A DNA stretch of 32,000 nucleotides, taken from Bacteroidales bacterium (lineage in GTDB: Bacteria > Bacteroidota > Bacteroidia > Bacteroidales > P3). Shown here in pieces: positions 25,367-32,000 of the stretch; the stretch's first letter is position 1, and each line of letters begins with the position of its first letter. Location: assembly GCA_016292015.1 (NCBI GenBank), contig JAEEZY010000019.1:61415-93414 (forward strand). The letters run 5' to 3'. The position numbers and the translations under genes are program-made. Under the pieces are notes generated by a model. It saw nothing but the letters and a program-made list of their open reading frames with translations. It ran no database searches and was not told the origin of the DNA.

Positions 25367-26707
25367 ATGACAAAAGTAATTACATACGGCACATACGACC
25401 TGCTGCATCAGGGACATATTAATCTTTTGCGGAGTGCAAAGGAGTTGGGAGACTACTTAATAGTAGGCGTCACTAGTGATAGTTTCGACCGGGGGCGTGG
25501 AAAACTCAATGTGCGTAATAATGTGCTCGAGCGTGTAGAAGCCGTGAAGGCTACAGGTTTTGCCGATGAAGTTATCATTGAGGACTACCTTGGTCAGAAA
25601 ATTGACGATATCCAAAAATACGATGTTGATATATTCGCGATAGGTAGCGATTGGCTAGGGAAGTTTGATTATTTGAATGAGTATTGTAAAGTGGTATATC
25701 TTCCCAGGACAGAAGGGATCTCTTCCACAATGTTAAGGGCAGAGAACCAGAGTACATACCGTATCGGTATTATTGGCAGCGGACGTATAGCGCATCGTTT
25801 CGTTCCCGAAACGAAGGTGGTGAATGGGGCGGAGGTGACGGCAGTACTGAATCCTGACAAGGATAAAGCAGCGGCATTTGGCAAGGTCCACAGATTGGAT
25901 GCATTCTCTGATTTTGATGATTTTATCAAACTAATAGATGTAGTATATGTCGCTTCGCCGCATCTGACGCATTATGATTATGCTAAAAGTAGCTTATTGG
26001 CAGGAAAACATGTCTTGTGCGAAATACCATTTACACTTTCAAAAGATGAGGCACTCGAGCTCTATCGTCTGGCGGAAGAGAATAATCTAGTGTTGATGGA
26101 GGCAAGCAAAACTGCGTATTGCCCAGCATTTGGGCATATTATCACTTTGATAAAGAGTGGAATTATTGGCGATGTAGTGGACGTAAAGGCCTCTCTGAGT
26201 AAGATGGTGGAGCCTCCGACCCGCGAGTTAGATGCAATGCAGGCGGGTGGAGCAATAACTGAACATGCTCCACTTACGATTATGGCCATAGTAAGACTGT
26301 TGGGAATAGACTGGATAGATGTTGGTTTTCATACCAAGAAAGAGAAAGGTGTGGATATATATACCAAAGGCATCATCAACTATCCTCATGCTACTTCATC
26401 TTTTACTCTTGGTATTGGGGTTAAGACGGAAGGTAATTTGGTGATTTCTGGAACTAAGGGCTACGTTTATGTGCCTGCCCCCTGGTGGCTTACCAGCTAT
26501 TTTGAAGTGCGGTATGAAGACCAACGCAAGAATAAGAAATACTTCTATAGCTATGATGGTGAGGGATTGCGTTATGAGATTCAGGAATTTCTTTCTATGA
26601 TTGTTAATAACCGACGTAGCTGCTATAAACTTCGTCGTCGCGAAAGTGTGGCAATAGCAGAGATTATAGAGAAATACCGTAACGGTGAAAATGTGACTGA
26701 GATATGA
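25367..26707 (+). CDS. Fusion protein: TagD-like glycerol-3-phosphate cytidylyltransferase (N-terminal ~130 aa) plus Gfo/Idh/MocA oxidoreductase (C-terminal)
   Basis: 446 aa. The N-terminus YGTYDLLHQGHINLL ... IGSDW ... RTEGISST matches cytidylyltransferase HxGH and RTxGISTT motifs. From residue ~133, RIGIIGSGRIAHRF ... EIPF(T) ... is a Gfo/Idh/MocA Rossmann domain. The gene is preceded by the only sizeable gap (92 bp) in this part of the locus. Confidence 0.8.
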   Translation: MTKVITYGTYDLLHQGHINLLRSAKELGDYLIVGVTSDSFDRGRGKLNVRNNVLERVEAVKATGFADEVIIEDYLGQKIDDIQKYDVDIFAIGSDWLGKFDYLNEYCKVVYLPRTEGISSTMLRAENQSTYRIGIIGSGRIAHRFVPETKVVNGAEVTAVLNPDKDKAAAFGKVHRLDAFSDFDDFIKLIDVVYVASPHLTHYDYAKSSLLAGKHVLCEIPFTLSKDEALELYRLAEENNLVLMEASKTAYCPAFGHIITLIKSGIIGDVVDVKASLSKMVEPPTRELDAMQAGGAITEHAPLTIMAIVRLLGIDWIDVGFHTKKEKGVDIYTKGIINYPHATSSFTLGIGVKTEGNLVISGTKGYVYVPAPWWLTSYFEVRYEDQRKNKKYFYSYDGEGLRYEIQEFLSMIVNNRRSCYKLRRRESVAIAEIIEKYRNGENVTEI

Positions 26708-27399
26708 AATATGCAGTAGTAACAGGTGGCACGTCTGGCATGGGACTGGGTGTCGCCAAATTGTTGGTAGGAAAGGGATACTATGTTTTTACCACATACG
26801 TCGGCCCTGAGTTTACGGAAAAGATTGAAAACTACGAGGCTCACCTTGTGGATCAAACCAAGCGCGACGAGGTATATGCCTTTATCAACCATGTGAAGTC
26901 AAATACAGACCGTCTTGATTGTATCGTGTGCAATGCAGGCATAAGCATTCGTAAGTCGTTCACAGAAACTACTGATGTTGATTGGGATAGACAGATGGAG
27001 GTTGCTGTGAATTCGCACTACATTATGGTGAGGGAGTTCTTCCCTATAATTCCGGCAGGGAGCAGAATCCTTTTTACTGGATCTCAAATGGCCGTTCATC
27101 CACACGCAACAGTGTTGGCTTATGGTGTTACTAAATCTGCGGTCTGTGCACTTTCCAAAAATCTTGTAAAAGAGTTTGAAGGAACTGGTACTACGGTAAA
27201 CATAATCGTTCCTGGTTTTGTGGCTACCCCCTGGCAGAATGAGAAACCGGATGAGATTAAGCAAAACATATACAACAAGACAGCTATCCACCGTTTCGCT
27301 ACCGTTGACGAGATTGTCGATGCATTTAGATTCTGTATAGATAATCCTTTTGTCAATGGAAGTATGATAGAGGTGAATGGTGGGTATTGTTATAAATAA
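26704..27399 (+). CDS. SDR-family oxidoreductase
   Basis: 231 aa. Motifs VVTGGTSGMGLGVA and YGVTKSA (Y-x3-K). ATGA overlap with the upstream fusion gene. Confidence 0.8.
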   Translation: MKYAVVTGGTSGMGLGVAKLLVGKGYYVFTTYVGPEFTEKIENYEAHLVDQTKRDEVYAFINHVKSNTDRLDCIVCNAGISIRKSFTETTDVDWDRQMEVAVNSHYIMVREFFPIIPAGSRILFTGSQMAVHPHATVLAYGVTKSAVCALSKNLVKEFEGTGTTVNIIVPGFVATPWQNEKPDEIKQNIYNKTAIHRFATVDEIVDAFRFCIDNPFVNGSMIEVNGGYCYK

Positions 27400-27410
27400 T
27401 TGGTTGTATA

Positions 27411-28157
27411 ATGGAAAACATGGAAGAAATTTATCAGAATGAGATGTTGAGGATTGTTAGTTATATAGACAAAGTCCTCACAGAGAATAATATATGGTAT
27501 TCGGTGGCTTATGGAACCATCCTTGGTGCCATTAGAGAAAACGGATTTATACCTTGGGATAGGGATGCTGATGTGTTCATCAAACTACCTGACCGTGAAC
27601 GGGCAAGAAAGGTACTTAAAGAAAACTTGCCCGCGGATCTTGTATACAATGACAGTTCTAGAAATACTGTTGGATGTATGGACGGCATTATATCGAAGCA
27701 ATATGGTGACTTTACAACTGTGGACATATATACGTTGATAGGTGCTCCAGACACTGACCATATGGAAGCATCGAAAGTGAAGGCAATTCTTCGTAGGAAT
27801 AAGTTTTGTACTAAGTTTTTTGGCGCAAAATACGGAGATTGGCACAAGCTTAGAAAAGCTTATAAGATTGCTCCATATCTGTTTGTAAAGTTTTTTTTGT
27901 GCCTTATCCCCAACAGTGTGATTAGAAGAATACTTCGTCATTATGAGTATAAGTACGATTTTGAGACTTCTCCATTTATAATGACGATGGTGTCTTATCG
28001 TAGACCAGGTGACATCATGCCGCGAGAAATCTTTGATGAGGTGGTTCGACACAATTTTGAGAACATTGAAGTGAATGTCCCAAGGTTGGCTCATAACTAT
28101 TGTTCGCGATCCTATGGTGAAGATTATATGACCCCTAAACAAACCGGATGGAAATAA
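27411..28157 (+). CDS. licD: LicD-family phosphotransferase (CDP-alcohol / phosphocholine-type transferase)
   Basis: 248 aa. YGTILGAIRENGFIPWDRDADVFI matches the LicD core GTLLGAxRHxGFIPWDDDxD motif. Confidence 0.8.
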   Translation: MENMEEIYQNEMLRIVSYIDKVLTENNIWYSVAYGTILGAIRENGFIPWDRDADVFIKLPDRERARKVLKENLPADLVYNDSSRNTVGCMDGIISKQYGDFTTVDIYTLIGAPDTDHMEASKVKAILRRNKFCTKFFGAKYGDWHKLRKAYKIAPYLFVKFFLCLIPNSVIRRILRHYEYKYDFETSPFIMTMVSYRRPGDIMPREIFDEVVRHNFENIEVNVPRLAHNYCSRSYGEDYMTPKQTGWK

Positions 28158-28670
28158 TGTCACGAAAGAGCATAATTATCCTTACCCATCAGTATTCGAG
28201 TGATACCAGGTACAATGGACGTTGGACCAAAGTGGTGGCATACTTTGCTCACGAATGGGCGAAAGAAAATGATGTATTGATTATTATAAACTCATCAAAG
28301 TTTCCAAAGTTGTATTATTTCTTTGGAAGTATCATGAGATTAATTGCGAGATTTACCTCCCAAGCCCCGGCTCTAATAACAGATCAAGATTGGCGCCAGC
28401 CTTTTGACTTCGGTTATGCTGGTATTAATGCGTATAACCGTCCAATGCTAAATTTTGGCCGCCTGCAAATTATAGTGGTTCCAGATTGAGAATCAAGTGA
28501 AAGAGATTATCAGCATTTGCAAACAGAACGGTTTTAAGCCGGATATTATTGATGCCCACTGGTTGAATCCTCAACATGATTTGCTTAAACCATTAGGCGA
28601 TTATTATCATGTAAAGACAGCTTTGGTGCTTCATTTGGAGGCCATAAAATCACAGTATTATACCCATTAA
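28157..28670 (+). pseudogene. Frameshifted and truncated glycosyltransferase (N-terminal GT-B domain only)
   Basis: The ORF to 28489 reads MSRKSIIILTHQYSS.... It continues in another frame from ~28476 as WFQIENQVKEIISICKQNGFKPDIIDAHWLNPQHDLLKPLG...ALVLH, with a stop at 28668. The FKPDII(D/H)AHW block is typical of GT4 N-terminal domains. The catalytic C-terminal domain is absent. Confidence 0.65.
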
Positions 28671-28806
28671 ATGAGCTAAAACTCTATGAATTAGCAAAGT
28701 GGGTGTAGATCGCATTATGGCGTGAAAGTGCTTAATGAATGCACTCACTAAAAGAAACTCCATTAGTATGTTCTTTTGGTATCTCGACATTATCTCAGCA
28801 TAGGCT

Positions 28807-29850
28807 ATGGAAAGAATAAAGGGGCGTTTGCTCTATATAATTGATGGCCATACTGGCCTTCTGTGTAAACAAATGTCATTTTTCCTTGTTGATTTAACAA
28901 CTCATGAGGAAAAATTCATTTGCACATTGCCTGTTGGGAAAAAGACTGCCATTTTATCCCGTAGCAGACTGTTTTCTCGCTTGAAAAGATTGGAACCTAA
29001 GTGTGCGGGTCGTTTGTCGGAAACAGAATTTGTGGTCTCGCTTTTACGAACATGCTGGCTGGTAGATGTGGCTAAAAAAAAATGTACCAAGTTATGTGAT
29101 AATCCCACGGGATTCAGTGAAGTGATAAACTTCTGCTCTGTGGAAGATGGCATTTTATGGGGCGACTACGGAAGGAATGCAGAAAACCGTGAAGTTAAGA
29201 TATATCATTTAGGTAAAGACCAACGGATCTCTGTGGTACATTCTTTCCCCTCGGGTACGGTAAGACATATTCACAATATCGTTGAAAGGGATAACGGTTA
29301 TGTCCTCTTCGTTGGTGACAATGAAGCCAAGGCGGGTATCTATCTGGTCAACAAAGAATGGACGGAAGTACAGCCTTGGAAAACGGGACAGCAAAAGTAT
29401 CGTGCTGTGGTGGGTTTCCCATACAATGGGGGGGTGTTATATGCTACAGACTCTGTGGAAACGGAAAATCATATAAGGTATGTATCAGAAGAAGGAGAAG
29501 AAACGATATTAGCTCCTCTCAATGGTAGTTGTATATATGGATGTGAGACAAAGAAATATTATCTGTTTTCAACAACGGTTGAGCCACATGAGGGAGGCGG
29601 AAAACTGTCGCTTGTATTTGAGAAACTTGGAGGCGGTATCAAGAACCGTGATGTGACAATTGTTGCAGTGTCAAAAAAGGACTTGTTTGTGCGACAGGTG
29701 GCATCGTTCAGAAAAGACGTATGGCCTATGAAATTATTCCAGTACGGGCGATGCATATTTGCTGGGGGACAAAAGGAAATGAACACTGCATGGTGTAGTC
29801 CTGTAGCATGTAATAAATATGATGGGAGAACAATAAAAATAGAGTTATAG
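28807..29850 (+). CDS. Hypothetical protein (no family recognised; beta-rich, apparently soluble)
   Basis: A 347-aa intact ORF in the operon orientation. No hydrophobic N-terminus or transmembrane stretch is seen, and I recognise no motif. Confidence 0.5.
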   Translation: MERIKGRLLYIIDGHTGLLCKQMSFFLVDLTTHEEKFICTLPVGKKTAILSRSRLFSRLKRLEPKCAGRLSETEFVVSLLRTCWLVDVAKKKCTKLCDNPTGFSEVINFCSVEDGILWGDYGRNAENREVKIYHLGKDQRISVVHSFPSGTVRHIHNIVERDNGYVLFVGDNEAKAGIYLVNKEWTEVQPWKTGQQKYRAVVGFPYNGGVLYATDSVETENHIRYVSEEGEETILAPLNGSCIYGCETKKYYLFSTTVEPHEGGGKLSLVFEKLGGGIKNRDVTIVAVSKKDLFVRQVASFRKDVWPMKLFQYGRCIFAGGQKEMNTAWCSPVACNKYDGRTIKIEL

Positions 29851-29855
29851 TATAA

Positions 29856-31106
29856 ATGAATATTTGGATTATAGATCACTATTCATCTGAACCCAGGTTT
29901 AGCGGTATTTCAAGGCAATATGATTTTGCAAATGGTTTATCAGCCAAAGGGTATAACGTTCTGGTGATAGCATCGTCGTTTTCTCATTTCACCAAGAAGT
30001 ATCTGACAGCGGGGAAATGTACGGTTTCTGAAATTAACACCAATGCACATTATGCGTACGTAAAGACGATGGCATACGAGACAAATGACGGTTGGAGGCG
30101 TGGTTTGGGCAGTACATTGTCGTTTGTGAATGCAGTAAAGATGCATCGTGATGAACTGGCAGAGAAATATGGCAAACCGGATGTGGTGGTAGGTTGTTCC
30201 ATTCATCCTTTTGCATGGGTAGCTGCATACAGGGCGGCTAAGCATTTAAAGGCTCGTTTCTTTGTAGAGGTGCGTGACCTGTGGCCTGCATCGTGGATTG
30301 ATAACAAAGGATTAAGCCCCAGGCATCCACGTGCACTGTTTTTCGGCTGGTTAGAGAAATGGGCTTACAAGCGAGCAGAAAAGATTATCTATTCGATGTC
30401 CAAGGGTGACAAGTATATCTGTGATAAGTTAGGTTTTCCGAAAGAGAAAACTATCTGGATAGACCAACCCATGTTCACGGAGAAGTTTGACGAAAATGCA
30501 AAGCGTTATGAAGAACTTCCTACCGAACTCAGGGACTTTATCGGTGATTCTTTTATCTGCGTTTTCACTGGCTTCTATAAGGACTATGAGGGAGTGTTTG
30601 ATATGTTGGAGGCTGCAAATATTTTGAAACAGAAAGGTTCTCCTATCAAATTCGTCTTTTTGGGAGCTGGCGATGCCAAAGATGGAATGCTGGTATATAA
30701 GGAAGATAAGCAACTTGAGAATGTGTTTGTTGGAGGTCGTATTAGCAAGGAACTGATTCCGCCACTTCTGAGGCGAGCCCAGATATGTTTGGTTCAGTTG
30801 GCTATCAAGGGCAACAGAAAGTCATATCAGTATGATGCCTCGAAGAATAAGATTAACGAGTACATGTATAGTGACTCGGTAATCATCTATGGTACATATC
30901 AGCAGCATCATAATGTTGAAACTTCCGGTGCAGGTATCTGCATTGAACCTTTCGATGGTCAGGCTTTTGCTGATACCATTGAGAAGGTGTATAATATGAC
31001 TCCTGAAGAGCGTAAAAAATATGGAGATAATGCCAGAAAATACATTTTGGAGAATAATACGCTCGAAAAACTAACAGAAAAGTATATCTCTATTTTGGAG
31101 AAATAG
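29856..31106 (+). CDS. Glycosyltransferase family 4, WbuB-like
   Basis: 416 aa. The N-terminus MNIWIIDHYSSEPRFSGISRQYDFANGLSAKGYNVLVIASSFSH is characteristic of WbuB-type GT4 enzymes. Confidence 0.8.
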   Translation: MNIWIIDHYSSEPRFSGISRQYDFANGLSAKGYNVLVIASSFSHFTKKYLTAGKCTVSEINTNAHYAYVKTMAYETNDGWRRGLGSTLSFVNAVKMHRDELAEKYGKPDVVVGCSIHPFAWVAAYRAAKHLKARFFVEVRDLWPASWIDNKGLSPRHPRALFFGWLEKWAYKRAEKIIYSMSKGDKYICDKLGFPKEKTIWIDQPMFTEKFDENAKRYEELPTELRDFIGDSFICVFTGFYKDYEGVFDMLEAANILKQKGSPIKFVFLGAGDAKDGMLVYKEDKQLENVFVGGRISKELIPPLLRRAQICLVQLAIKGNRKSYQYDASKNKINEYMYSDSVIIYGTYQQHHNVETSGAGICIEPFDGQAFADTIEKVYNMTPEERKKYGDNARKYILENNTLEKLTEKYISILEK

Positions 31107-31113
31107 AATAATA

Positions 31114-31148
31114 GTTCAAGAAGTTCAAAGGTTCAAGAAGTTCGAGAA
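31114..31148 (+). repeat. Four tandem ~9-bp units (gttcaagaa/gttcaaag/gttcaagaa/gttcgagaa) abutting a start codon
   Basis: Read directly from the sequence. The last unit ends at 31148 and the ATG is at 31149. Confidence 0.85.
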
Positions 31149-32000
31149 ATGAATTATTCTTTAGTTTGGAACACTGTGAAGTATCTGAAGCCAGTGCAAG
31201 TGGTGCATCAGGTGCTGAACAAGTTCAAGAAGAAGGAAAGGGTATATTTTGACAAGCTTCCTGTTGGATACAGGGAGGTGCGTATTGCTATTCCTGAACT
31301 GGATTGCGATGAAATATTAGTTGCGCGTTTCAATCCTAACTTGATGAAGAGAGGCAAGGTTTGCTTGCTTAATCAAGTAGTCGAATTAAACTATGAGTCT
31401 TCCTATACAAAAACTTTGAAACCGCTTATCTATAACAATGTCTATTATTTTGAATACGGCATAGTGTTGGGTGCAAAATATAGAGAGACGACGGATACAG
31501 CCTATTGGGAACTGTTTAAGAAATGCTATCAGGATTATTTGGATGCCAAGGCAGAGTTGAAATCTACTTATAGCATGGCCTTGCACATCCCAAATGTATT
31601 GATAGCCTTAGAACTGTTTGGTGAGGCAGCTGAGCTGGATCTCAGAGAGAAGATATACTGCGAGTTGTATTCTCAATATCTATATCTTCAAAAGCATCAG
31701 GAAAAGCATTTGTTTGCCAATCATTACTTCGAGGATTTAAAGGCACTGATCATTGCCTCTTATCTGTTCAGGGATGATAAGAAGCTGGATTGCTATCTGA
31801 AAGCCTTCAAGAAACAATGTGATGAGCAGATACTGGCAGATGGTGTTCACTATGAACTGTCATTGATGTATCACAAACTGATAATGGAGGATTTGATGCG
31901 CATTGGGATGTTGGCAAAACAGACAGACTTTCCCGAGTGCAAATGGATTATCCCTTTGATACAGAAGATGACTGATGCTTGTTACTCTTTGGAGAAAGGG
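31149..32000 (+). CDS. Heparinase II/III-like (alginate-lyase superfamily) protein, 5' partial that continues beyond the window
   Basis: The frame stays open from the ATG at 31149 to the window end. LFANHYFEDLKALIIASYLF and DGVHYELSLMYHKLIMEDL resemble the GNHxxxxxxAL and DGxxxExSxxYH blocks of heparinase II/III-family proteins often found beside WbuB-type GTs. Confidence 0.65.
   Translation, partial: MNYSLVWNTVKYLKPVQVVHQVLNKFKKKERVYFDKLPVGYREVRIAIPELDCDEILVARFNPNLMKRGKVCLLNQVVELNYESSYTKTLKPLIYNNVYYFEYGIVLGAKYRETTDTAYWELFKKCYQDYLDAKAELKSTYSMALHIPNVLIALELFGEAAELDLREKIYCELYSQYLYLQKHQEKHLFANHYFEDLKALIIASYLFRDDKKLDCYLKAFKKQCDEQILADGVHYELSLMYHKLIMEDLMRIGMLAKQTDFPECKWIIPLIQKMTDACYSLEKG

Overview
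The window is a co-directional (all + strand) surface-polysaccharide (capsule or O-antigen) biosynthesis locus of about 30 kb. Its style looks Bacteroidota-like (my guess is Prevotella/Bacteroides: no Shine-Dalgarno sites, A-rich leaders, typical gene families), but I cannot verify taxonomy without a search.

The first ~7 kb is relatively GC-rich (~50-55% by eye). It holds rfbB, a solitary RelA/SpoT-domain gene, wecB, a small GxxExxY gene and wecC. The first three genes are separated by unusually long, repeat-laden non-coding spacers.

From ~7.1 kb the sequence becomes AT-rich (~30-42% by eye) and tightly packed. In order it contains:
- an aldolase / cytidylyltransferase / KdgK-like kinase trio;
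- rfbA, a WecE-like aminotransferase and a NeuD-type acyltransferase;
- a dedicated short-chain acyl-ACP module (FabD-like protein, ACP, two KAS III, two SDR reductases, an MBL hydrolase);
- Wzx, Wzy, a DUF115-like protein, a WecF-like GT56 and a GT4;
- a TagD::Gfo/Idh/MocA fusion with an SDR and LicD;
- a hypothetical protein, a WbuB-like GT4 and a partial heparinase II/III-like gene.

Four decayed genes mark module junctions: a wecC 3' remnant, a methylmalonyl-CoA epimerase with three in-frame stops, an HNH gene and a truncated glycosyltransferase.

The most unusual items are:
- the solitary CapRel/toxSAS-like RelA/SpoT gene, bracketed by direct low-complexity repeat arrays inside a glycan locus;
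- the ~1.4 kb mosaic repeat field around rfbB;
- the candidate CMP-ulosonic-acid-like pathway;
- the ECA-like sugar set coupled to a private acyl-ACP module.

All functional calls rest on motif and family recognition by eye. No database search was possible.
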